Assembly (NCBI GenBank): GCA_047967505.1
Contig: CM106538.1
Source of the DNA: Dipteris shenzhenensis
Taxonomy: Eukaryota
Direction: 5' to 3' (one strand)
DNA length: 64,000 nucleotides
The notes under the pieces were generated by a model. That model made no database searches, was not told where the DNA came from, and was given only the letters and a program-made list of their open reading frames with translations. The translations under genes and the position numbers were made by a program. Position 1 is the first letter of the stretch. Each line of letters opens with the position of its first letter. This document shows, piece after piece, positions 23,701 through 34,424 of the stretch.

Positions 23701-26557
23701 CGGGATAGCCCATCCTCACCTGGGCACTTCTGTCCATCGATGGCCATCAAGGCCTCCAGCATCTCATCCGTGGTAAACGGTGCCAGCAACGTCGCCTACA
23801 TGCTAGGCTGGACCAAGGAAGGAGTGTGCCTCCACACCTCCTCACGGGCACGACGAGTACGAGGAGCAAGCGGCTCCTGCTCGAAAAGGGTCCTGTAGAA
23901 GTCGGTGGCCAACCCCAAGACCTCTCCCGGATCCGTAACGATGTGTCCCTCCGCTGTCCTGAGACTCCGAAGCTAATCACCTGCAGCTCTCTGGCCATGT
24001 GTCCTGAAGAACTCCCTGCACATCCGGTCACCCTTCCGAGCCCAGAAGGAGAGAGAGGCGTGATAGGAAAACTCTGAGCGACGCTGGAGTGTCTCCTCAA
24101 GAAGGGCTCTGGCTCGAAGGGCCTGGATCCGAAGCTCCTCCGAGCCCGGGGATGCCTGCTGGAGTCGCTGAATGGAGGCGAGGTCCCTCTGAAGAGCTCT
24201 CTCTCTACCCCACCACTCCTGTCGAACCTGTAGGGCTGCGAGCTGGCAAATCTGGCTGGACTCCTGCAAAGCCTGCGCCACCGAATCAACCAGATCCGCG
24301 CACTCGCCCCAGTCTCTGTCCCAAAGACTGCAAATACTGCTGCGCACGTCCTCCCTCGAGAAAATGGAGTCGGGAATCCGGCATGAGCGGGGGGGAAGGG
24401 CCTGAGCTGCCGAATCTAATGATAAGAGCACAGGCGCATGGTCGGAAAGTGTCGTCCCTGGAACTATACCGGCCTGACCGCCTCTGCTAATGGCCCAATC
24501 ACTAACATAAAATCTATCCAGCCTCTCCAGGAGTCTGCCTCCTTCCCTGCGGAAGTCCCACGAGAAGTCCAAGCTCCCATGCCAACGCCGGAAGGACGGG
24601 TCTCGCCAACAGTCCCTTCCTCCTGTCGCAAAGATAAAAGAGTCCCAAGCGGACTGCTCTGCCTGAGACATACCTGTAAACTCCGGTCCTCTGCCCTGCT
24701 GGTCCTCCAAGGTCTCCAGATTGTTGAAGTCACCTCCAACAATCCAGGAATCCAAGTCTGGGAGAATCCCTGTAAGTGTCCTCCAGAAGGTGGCTCTACA
24801 ACGGAGATCTGTGGGAGCATAAATGTTGAGGATTCCAACTCTGGAGCCCTCCAATTCCAGGCCTACCCAAAGGGCACGACCTGGTATCAACGTGCCATGA
24901 CCGAAAACTCCCTGGGCTAGCTGCTCTCCCACGGAAGTACAGACACCACCACTCCTCCCCAGTGCGCCGATCGAGGGCTCCCAATAAGTGTGAGAGCGAC
25001 CAGGGAGAATCTTCCCGCATCTATGGGAGTGAGACGCCGAAAGCTTGTGCTCCTGAAGCAGAAGTACATCCAAACGACCAATCACTGCTGGCTGAAGTTC
25101 CTGTCTCAAAATGAGCTTCCTAGGACCACGGGTGCCAGAAGAGTGAAACCCGTTCACATTCCAGGATACGAGGTGTAGGCTCATGGTGAGGACTGGGAGG
25201 CTGCGAACAACTGTCTGCTCGCGGTCGAAGTCGAAGAAGAAGCTGACATTTCGGAGTGGAGGCGCTGGCGCTTATGGAAAGGTTTGGAGGGGGAAGCGGG
25301 GTCGTCCTGCCCCTCCTTCAACACCTTCAGCAAAGGCGAGAGGCCTTTGGTACCATGAACGAAAGCTTTCTCGAGCCAGCTCGAGATCTCTGAGGTGGAC
25401 ATCCCGTAGAAGGCACGGAGTTTCTGAGGAGTCCAGGCTCTGACATCTTGGGGGAGGGGCCAAGACAGGGGGGGCCTGAGGATCACAATCAGTCTGAAGC
25501 GTTTGGTGGCGCAGCGCCACCGCAGGCGCACGTCACCCTCGGACCACTGAGTCTCGAGAAGCTGCCCACCGGACGGGCCTATCCAGGAGCAAACCTGAGC
25601 ATGCGTCTGCTCCCTGAGAGCCTCCCAGACCGAGTCGTCTGTCCAGGTCTCGGTGCCGTCGCTAAGGAACGTGAAAGCAAAGCTAGGGCCATCCCTAGGG
25701 GCCAAGGCGGCTATCTTCCCATCCGCCCCTTTGCGGAGCAGGAAGATACTGATCCTGAACCCGAGATGATTGTTGCTCTGTCAGGATGACGCGGTAGGCA
25801 TCTGGAGAGGGAGGGACCGTCTGGGCCTCCGGTTCCGGGCAGGGAGCCGCCATACCGCCAAGACAAACTGCGAGGCTTCCGATGAGGAAGAGGCTGCCAC
25901 CCAAAAAAGGGGGGGGGGGGGGGGAGAAGCGGGAGGGTGGAGCCTGGGTGTGGCGGGAACGGAGGTGGCGCGGGGTGGAGGCGTGGAGGCGGAGAACGGG
26001 TGAGGTGGGGAGGCGGGAGCGGAAGCGGGGGCGGGGGAGAGGCGGAGCGGGGCGAGAGGGCGGACGGAGGGGCGGGGTGGAGCGAATGGGCGGGGGGAGG
26101 GGGGGCGGGGGTGAAGGCGGGAGGGGAAGGCGAGGGTGGAACGGGAGGGCGGAGAGGCGAGAGGGGGCGGGGGCAGGAGGCGAGGGGTGAGGGGGCGGAA
26201 TGGGAGGCGGGGGTGAGCGGAACGGTGGAGGGCGGGGGTGGAGCGTGGCGAGGGGGGGCGGAGCGAAACGGGGGTGAGGCGGGGAGTGAGGGGTGAGGGC
26301 GGGGGGGGCTGCGGTGAGGGGGGGGAGAGACGGAGGTGCGAGGGGGGGGGGTGAGGACGAAGGGCAGGGGTGAGGCGGAGGAGGGGCGGGTGTGGCGAGG
26401 GAGGGCACGGTGGCAGCAGCGGGTGAGGGGAGGTGAGGGCGGAGGGGTAGGGGCGGGAGAGGGCGCGAGGCAAGGAGGGGCTAGGGGGAGGTAGAGGTAC
26501 GGAGGGGGAGGGGAAGCTCGCAGGAGCTCGAAGAGTTGTTCTCGATTGGCAATGAGT
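20736..26557 (-). mobile_element. LINE family C, 5.8 kb, both ends intact
   Basis: 15-bp TSD TTCAGAATCACATAT (20721-20735 and 26558-26572); poly(A); ORF2 from 25184 (SWNVNG, QEHK, GGDFN, RLDR, SDH; RT YADD) with a few stops; short ORF1 at 25853-25181. Confidence 0.96.
25909..26515. repeat. G-rich low-complexity tract (5' UTR of LINE C)
   Basis: About 600 bp of dense G runs on the plus strand. Confidence 0.85.
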
Positions 26558-27714
26558 TTCAGAATCACATATGGGGATGCCCTTCTTCAAAACCCCCACC
26601 CAATTTTGAAGGACAGGAGCTGAAGTGGAAGCCTGTCCTGGTGAAGGAGAAGAAGCATCCACCAGATTGAAAGGGGCGTTGCTTCAAAACAACCACCTTC
26701 TTAGGCTGTTGAAAACCATCCCGATCTGTTCCCACAGATTCCTTCATCTTCTCTTTTTCTTTTTCTTTTCCTTTTCCAGCAAGTGATTGCACCTGATTGA
26801 TTGATTTGGCATTCTTTGCTCCATTTCTATTTGCTGTCTTAGCTTGCAAATTCTCATTCTTTTCCCGTATCTGGGGCGGTAAGGCATTGGGAGGGGGTTG
26901 ATGTAGAACCATTGGGCATTCAGAGGCTAGATGCCCAAACTTGTGGCAGGCAAAACAAGCTCCTGCAAACACACCCCATTTCAATTCAAAATACTTTTTT
27001 CCCAATTGCACTCCCTCAACTTCCACTGCAATAGAAGGAGGGGTGGGTGAATCAGTGTCCCAGAGAATGCAGAACCTGTTACGGTTTCCCATAGGACGCG
27101 GAGGACAAATGACCTGTCCCAAAGTAGCAGCCAGACCAGGCAATTCTTCGTGCATATAGTCTGGGAAGTTAACAACCTCAACCAATACGGGACAATGATG
27201 GCGTATTAGACTTTGATACTCCTTGTTTGGGGACCAAGGCATAGCATGTACCATCTGCTTCTCGTAAAAAAGGGGAGAAAGCTCAAGTAACCTCTGCTTG
27301 CATAAAGCATCTGATAAATGCACCTCATAAAAGCCTCTAGATGCAATATATACTCCCTCTACAAAGAATCCTCCAAGGATGGACTTAATCCACTGTCCGA
27401 CATCACTGGCTGCTGGGATTCTTCCTGGAAAGAAAATTATAACCGCGGTTTGAGATAACTTTCTGAGAGGATTCACGAGGGAGGGCAATTTCAATTTGTA
27501 CGTGACCTCTAGAACTGGTTTGCCCCATTCCTGTCGTGACTGTTGAAAGTCATCCTTGAGAGTATCAAACACATATTGAGCTTCCATAGTAAGTTCAGCA
27601 TCTTGTGTTGCAGGCTGTGAAGAGCGGCGCTTAGCATCTGCAGATCTTTCTTGTCGAGCATATGTACTAACATCCCAACCTGAAGCCATGATTGAAATAC
27701 GACAAGGCAAGAGG

Positions 27715-28265
27715 GACTGTACGGAGAAGTATAGAATCAGAAGTAAGCGAGACACAGGAGTGTACGGAAAAGCACGGGCGCGAGAACTCGGGACTGTACG
27801 GGAAATGTACTGGATTGTACGGACCAGAGCAAACTGTACGAAGGTACAGATGAGGCTGTACGGAAAAGAGCAGATTGTACGGAAAGAGCAGACTGTACGG
27901 GGAAGAGCAAACTCTACGAAAACAGGAGGTAGAGCTGTATAGATGTACGTAAGGTGCAAAAGGGCACAAAAAGGACTGTACGGAAATGCACAGAAGCAAG
28001 ACCCAGAAATCGTACGAAAAGATGCGGGATTACATAGACTGTACGGAGAAGCCTGGATTGTACGGGGACTATTTCAACGGGACTGTACGGAAAGGCCTAG
28101 ATTGTATGGAGATGCAAAAGGGGACGAAAAGGACGGTACAGTACGGATATACCAACGAGGCTGCTAGGACGCACAGAATGCAGACTTCAGAAGGGTACGG
28201 CGATGCAAACAGCCACGGATATGTACGGCCGTACGGAGTCGCGGACAATAGGGGAGCCTGTACAG
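27715..28265 (-). promoter_or_regulatory. GTAC/CCGTAC motif cluster in a LINE 5' UTR
   Basis: About 22 GTAC counted by eye, 15 of them GTACGG, in about 550 bp upstream of the ORF1 ATG (27689). Function is inferred only. Confidence 0.65.
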
Positions 28266-28341
28266 GAATCCTTAGCGAGGCTGGAGAGCAGAGGCCGCTA
28301 CCACACACACACACACACTACGCGCAGACACACACACACAC

Positions 28342-28835
28342 TTTTCTTTTAAAAAAGTAAAATCCAGTGCAGTGTATTTATATTCTCATAAATTTACAAG
28401 ATGGGAAGTCTCCAAAATGGAGAGTATCCCAAATATCAGAAACATAAAAAGAAAAGCTCTATGCAAGAAGCATGTATATCACCCTCATGGCAGGCATCAT
28501 ATAAGGATTGCCACAATGAGGCTCGGAAAGATTCATATGACTTGTGAATCTGCCGACCCAAGTATGCCAAATTATGCTCACTCCAGATTGTCCAAAGAGC
28601 CCAATATCTCACCCATGAGAGAAATAGTGAATAGTGAGACAAAGACCTCATAAATCTGCCAAATAACCAAAAATGTTTCCCAAATCTGTGACTCAGGAAA
28701 CGGAGCCGAAGATGATCTGAAATTCTCCCAAGGAGGTTCCTAGAACATAGGCAGTGCCAAAGCAAACGAGGGACAATCTCTGAAGGAGCCTGACATCTAA
28801 ACATGTGGATGGTGTAATGTGACATTTGGTAAGTG
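28342..28835 (-). mobile_element. 5'-truncated LINE family B 3' end
   Basis: Homologous to 16583-17065; A-rich tail; flanked by (CA)n. Confidence 0.93.
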
Positions 28836-28847
28836 TCACACACACAC

Positions 28848-29216
28848 TTTTTTTTTTTTTGGTAAAATCCAGTGCATTGTATTTATATTCTCATAAATTT
28901 ACAAGATGGGAAGTCTCCAAAATGGAGAGTATCCCAAAGATCAGAAGCAGAAAAAGAAAAGCTCTATGCAAGAAGCATGTAGATCACCCTCATGGCAGGC
29001 ATCATATAAGGATTGCCGCAATGAGGCTCGGAAAGATTCATATGACTTATGAATCTGCCGGCCCAAGTATGCCAAATTATGCTCATTCTCCAGATTGTCC
29101 AAAGAGCCCAATATCTCACCCATGAGAGAAATAGTGAGTATTGAGACAAAGACCTTATAAATCTACCAAATAACCAAAAATGTTTTCCAAATCTGTGACT
29201 CGGAAAACGGAGCTGA
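28848..29216 (-). mobile_element. 5'-truncated LINE family B 3' end
   Basis: Homologous to 16583-16946; poly(A); flanked by (CA)n. Confidence 0.93.
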
Positions 29217-29274
29217 ACACACACACACACACACACACACACACTTTTTTTTAAAAAAATACATACACACACAC

Positions 29275-29788
29275 TTTTTTTTTTTTTGTAAATCCAGTGC
29301 AGTATATTTATATTCTCATAAATTTACAAGATGGAAAGTCTCCAAAATGGAGAGTATCCCAGAGATCAGAAACATAAAAAGAAAAGCTCTATGCAAGAAG
29401 CATGTATATCACCCTCATGGCAGGCATCATATAAGGATTGCCGCAATGAGGCTCGGAAAGATTCATATGACCTGTGAATCTGCCGACCCATGTATGCCCA
29501 ATTATGCTCACTCCAGATTGTCCAAAGAGCCCAATATCTCACCCACGAGAGAAATAGTGAGTATTGAGACAAAGACCGCATAAATCTACCAAATAACCAT
29601 AAATGTTTCCCAAATCTGTGACTCGGGAAACGGAGCCGAAGATGATATGAAATTCTCCCAAGGAGGTTTCTAGAACCCGGGCAGTGCCAAAGCAAATGAG
29701 GGACAGTCTCTGAAGGAGCTTGACATCGTAAACATGTGGATGGTGCAATGTGACGTTTGGCAATTGTGATTCCCATTGACAATGTGCC
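29275..29788 (-). mobile_element. 5'-truncated LINE family B 3' end
   Basis: Homologous to 16583-17090; poly(A); flanked by (CA)n. Confidence 0.93.
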
Positions 29789-29821
<33 letters not shown>

Positions 29822-29897
29822 ATACGCGCACACACATTAACTCTGTGTTAGGAAAAACATTAATGGAACAAATCTAAAGAGCAAATAAGCCTTTTAC

Positions 29898-29988
29898 TTG
29901 ATGAACCATGGAGCAGCACTGGCACTTGAAATTCAAGACTTGGATCCGTTTTTCAAGTCGTGGGATGAACATTATTTCTAAATAGTAC
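29898..29988 (-). CDS. Formin exon (FH2), not in the ORF track
   Basis: tttctggtag|G TAC...CAT CAA|gtaaaa, 91 nt, phase 2/0. It encodes (K)YYLEIMFIPRLEKRIQVLNFKCQCCSMVHQ and joins in frame to [12 protein letters not shown] at 1847. Confidence 0.92.
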
Positions 29989-30082
29989 CTACCAGAAAGA
30001 AAATCATCCGTTTGTCAGAGAGAAGGAAGAGAAAACAGAACTGTTCAAGAATAGTCATTAAACATACATGAGATTTCCTCAC

Positions 30083-30333
30083 TTTTCAACTTCAGCCAAT
30101 TGAGATGGATCGCCTTTGTACTCTTTCAAAACGGCAATATCGTCCTTTGTGGGAAGGGTACGATAGAGCACGTTAAGAACTTCACTGGTCAAAACGTTCT
30201 TATCAATGCAATGTAGAGCCTTGCAAAGTTCAGGAAAAGGCTTCCGTAAACTTGATAGTTGTATGCTTACATTGTGTGCTCTCTTCATGTCTATAACATG
30301 AACTCCCAATGACTTCTTTTTTAGTGACAGATT
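30083..30333 (-). CDS. Formin exon (FH2 knob)
   Basis: atatcag|AAT...GAA AA|gtgagg, 251 nt; VIDMKRAHNVSIQLSSL...LPTKDD...EYKGDPSQLAEVE. Confidence 0.92.
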
Positions 30334-30689
30334 CTGATATAACATTTTAAACAGCCTTGTCAATTCCAAAACACAGAGTTACCAAAGAAAAGCACTGAGA
30401 AAAGCAGTCTGACAATTTTCAATTCTTTCACAGGAAAAGTGTTCTATTTGATTTCCAGCTATCTCTGAGCTGCAGATGACATCTTCAAAGTAAACAACCA
30501 ACGTGGCATAGAATTTAGCCTAAATATACTCTTGATAATCCCTCCCTTATTTGTATAAAAGCCTGATTTATTTTTTAATGGCATGTTTCATTGAGTATGA
30601 GGAGCCCTAAAAAATCATTATCATTTGCAGAAACTGGAGCTACAATGTTCATGACTCTACACTCCCTTGTGACTGAGAAAGGGATGAAC

Positions 30690-32044
30690 CTTTGTAACTT
30701 GTCCTTGCAACGGTACAGGATTTGTTGCAAATAGAGATTCAAGTTGTTTCAAGTCCATTGTAACAGACCCTGTGGCTGTGTTCTTCCATACAGTTTTCTC
30801 TGCCAAAGTGCCAGATATCTTACACCAAATCAATTGCTTCATTTTTGGCTTTTTTGCCTCTGGTATTTTTGTCAGATCTCCCTGAAGATTATCTCCCCAA
30901 TGATTTGACATTGGTGAAAGGGACCCACTGGATTCCCTTTTTGGTGACTGGGGTGATGGAGGTGGCGGCGGTGGCGGTGGTTGTCTCTGTAACTGTGATT
31001 TTGGTACCGGGGGCGGTGGTGGAGGTGGTGGTGGAGGATGAGGCACAGAGGGGGGCCATGCAGGTAGTGGATTTGTTTGTAGTATCAGTGAATTTGGAGG
31101 TGGAGGTGGAGGTGGAGATGGAGGTAAAGGTGGAGGCAGCTGTGGCCATATTTGCAGTACTGGTGAGCGTGGAGGTAGTGGTGGTGGTGGTGGTGATGGT
31201 GGTGGTGGTGGTGGTGGTGGTGGTTGGGGGGGAGGAGGTGGAGGTGGAGGTGGAGGTGGAGGTGGAAGAGGTGGAGGTGGAGGTGGAGGCAGTGGTGGAC
31301 AAGGGGAAGAAGTCTGGTTTACAGCATCAGTTGAGCAAGGTAATGAAAAGCCTGGCAAGGAAAGATGGGTCAGAAACTTATCGACAACTCTTGGTGCCTG
31401 TTGCATGGGATGTGCAGAAAATGACTGTGTAACTTGCAGAAACCTGACACCTTCCTCACACTCAATCGTCTCTAGTGAATGTATGCCCTTGTTACACAAA
31501 TCCATAGATCTGCAGCTGGTTTTCTCAGTGTTAACACATTTTTGTGAAGGGTTTTTAACTGAGTGAGAAGAAATCACCGGTGCTATCTTCTGAATTTTAG
31601 ATTCACTTTTGTCTTCTGTCAAAATCTCCACTGCAAGGTTTGTTCTCAAGTCTGTCTTGTCATAGAAGTTGGCAACTTGGTCTTCTAGATTATGTAATGT
31701 TATGTCCGTTTGACCAATGGTCTTCTGAGTGGCCTGGGAAAGACTGACACTTTTTTCACAGTCCTTTAATCCGGACAAAGGAATGCCTTTTTTGCACAAC
31801 TCCATGAATCCAATCCTTGTGTGGTCAGTAGAGGCATAAAAATGTGAAGGTTTGTAAAGATGCTGATCCAAATTTCCCAGATTTCCAATGGAATGAGGAG
31901 AGATCATCGAGGTTACACTTTGAGATTCTTTATACTCATTACTGCCTTCTGTTGAAATTTGTATTGGCAGCTTCCCTTTCAACTGTGTCTTCTTGCTAGT
32001 ATGAGAGTTGGATGCTTGCCCTTCCAGATCATCACAAACCATGT
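30690..32044 (-). CDS. Formin large exon: linker, polyproline FH1 and FH2 start
   Basis: Lies within ORF 30657-32114; long Pro tracts, then KPKMKQLIWCKI...TVW...DLKQLESLF. aaacag|AC (phase 1) and AAG|gttcat match the neighbouring phases; exact ends are less certain. Confidence 0.88.
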
Positions 32045-32684
32045 CTGTTTTCAAAATAGTCTTATGAATGTCATCCTCAAGAGAAAATACAGAGAGTGCT
32101 GCCCATGCCCCCAAACGTTTTTACCTGGCTCAAATATTGAGCTGATGTCTTATTACACAAGCTCTTCAACTTTCAGTACAACTATCCAACATTTATTCAA
32201 TAATTTCCTATATGCATGGCCTGATTAAAGATTTTCATTTTCCTTTTGTCACAAAACCCTTACCTTGGTTTTTCTCTGGCGTATCTCTCAGAATTTCTCT
32301 TGCTTTGGTTTTTCTCTGTGCATATCTCCCAGAATTTCTCTTGCTTTGGAATATATCTGCCCCAGTCAGTTTGTCTTCTCTTCTGTCCCCTGTCCCTACA
32401 GCTCCTTTCAACCAACCCGCCAAACTGACACGCGGTACATGGGGATTTATCTCACATAGGCTTCATAGGGTAAGCGTTTTTGTAGCACTAAAGGTCCTCT
32501 CTTTTTGCATTAAATGACACTTTGGGTGGAGGAATAGTTCATCATATCATTAACTCTAGGTTAAGATCCCCCTCGCTTTCCCTCCTCTGCCCCCTTTCTT
32601 CGTGCTCTCTCCTCTTCCCCTTGAAGCCTAGCAATGGTGGCTAGCCTTCATTCTACTAGTAGTGATCACAATACTAGGATAGTC

Positions 32685-34424
32685 CAATGACCAAGGGAAG
32701 CATCGAAGAAGAAACAGAAATACAAGTACCTCCCCTGGTGCCCAAGGCGGGTGACCAAAAAGTATGCCTTGAGAGAAGCTTACCCGACTTGGAACAATCC
32801 TTGACATCCAGTTTGTGTTTTTGAATCATGAGTATATCAATGGGACCCCTAGTAACACCTAGACGAAGTTGGTTACGAATAAGCTGCCTACGGCAGTAGT
32901 GAGGTATACCCCCAGACCCTGAACATTCCAACTGACAATCCTCAATGGCGAGAGGAAGAGTTCGGATGAAAAACCCTATCCAACTTGGTAGCGGAGATAT
33001 GCCTCTCTTGGGAAAGAATCCTCCTATCAAGAGGAGGGAAGTCAACTAGGAAAAGCACTCCCACACCTGCAGAAGGGGAAGCTCTATCCACAATGATCTG
33101 AACAAGATGCTCCCCAAGTATAGAGGGTACAAACTCCTCTAACTCAAACTCTGCTATGTCTACTAGAACTGCAAAAGAATTCCTGAATGAGGCGACTGGC
33201 GCAGGTGTGCGGAGGATCCTTGCGGATGATGGAGTAGAAGCTATAACCCTCTTGCCTCTGTCAAGAGGTAAAGAAGGTGAAGCAAACAGGGAAGGGGGCT
33301 CTTGACTGACCTTGGCCAAATAAATGTCACTAGAACGGACTACGGCCCAAGTTTCGGCAATGAGTTGCTCCAAAGATGGAAGCTCCTTCACGGGAGCATC
33401 TAAGGCGACAGAAGCAACATCATCCGCACAAGGAACTAGGACATGAGTATCTCCTACTTGTAAGGGAGGGTCCGTGGTGCCGTGAGAAGCCTCCTGAGGT
33501 GGAACTGGCTCCGCAACTCTGATTGGCACCCAACGATCATAGTTCCCTTTAGAGCTCAGTGGATCATTCTTTTGATTGGTGGACATAAGGTTGGTCTCTT
33601 AAACCTCTATGTTTATGGAAGGAGCTGCCTTCTTAGCCATGCATTGCAGAGTCTTGGATCATTGGGGGTGATTTCAACATGGTTGAAATGCCCACAGACA
33701 AAAGAGGTGGTAGGGAAGGTGGTTTACATTCCCTAGAGAGAGCAGCCTAGGATGCCTTCCTTTTTCAGTACAGTGGTAGAGATGCTTGGCATGATGATGC
33801 TTTTCACACTCAGCCACAATCACTCCTTTTTTCTTGGTCGAACATGAGGTTGCAGATGCCTATCCATGCATAGATTGGCAAATTTTATGTGGATGATTGG
33901 GCTCTGGACAGCAGAGGTGGGACAATATGCATTATACCTGGGGTGTCCATTTCATATCACTTTCCTGTTGTTTTGTTTGTTTCAGATCCTCATGTGAGGA
34001 GTCGCTCTGCCAATATCAGGATTCCAGATGCATTCTACACAGAGGAGGGCCTCATAGAGGTAGTGTTGCACACTTGGGAATCTCACATGCATGTTGGGCT
34101 GCTTTCCCTGTCAAATATAGCAGCAGCCCTCTCAGAGATTAGCAATTTTTATCCCTCAGTTACTCGATTCAGGAGAGTTATGATCCTTAAGTTAGAGATA
34201 GGTATCTGCTAGCAGTTGGCTGGCGGAAACCTCTGAAGAGCAGTTGGCTGCTTTTCATAGGGAAGATCAGAAGAGGCCTATAGATGCTTGGATTCAGGAG
34301 CGCCTTGCTGCAGCAAGGGCTCAATAGCAGTCATTGTTAGATCAAAGGGCAGAGTATGCCTTTCATGCCAAGGAGTCATTTTGGACTTAGACGGGAGGTA
34401 GGGTCAACGAGCAGTTCTTCTCTT
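32685..34424. mobile_element. LINE family A with an inverted 5' segment (32685-33535 minus; 33535-34424 plus, resuming at 36295)
   Basis: The minus part ends at GTCISVSSSMLPLVIG and the plus part starts at IIVPFRAQWII. These motifs are contiguous in the copy at 38968-39165. Confidence 0.8.

Larger units (their letters stand above)
16583..28300 (-). mobile_element. Full-length LINE family B (ORF1 from 27689; ORF2 about 20600-16600), split by a nested LINE
   Basis: ORF1 with CFACHKFGHLASEC; endonuclease QPDIVCLQEH/CGDFN/RLDR/SDH; RT WRPITL, DIAKAFDTV, RQGCPLS, YADD; CLRCQAPSETVPHLLWHC; poly(A) at 16583-16591; (CA)n at both ends. Confidence 0.93.

Noticed and set aside
25695-26662. Pro-rich and Gly-rich ORFs resembling extensin or FH1
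   Set aside because: They are translations of the C-rich LINE 5' UTR inside the TSD and are open in most frames.
27715-28265. CRISPR-like repeat-spacer array
   Set aside because: The repeat core is only 6-9 bp, spacing is irregular, there are no cas genes and the context is a eukaryotic LINE.
30845-31432. Val/Glu-rich and Thr-rich ORFs
   Set aside because: Shadow frames of the FH1 CCN repeats.
32124-32462. Extra formin exons ending at the donors near 32263 and 32124
   Set aside because: No acceptor gives a stop-free exon in the required phase; cannot be excluded without RNA data.
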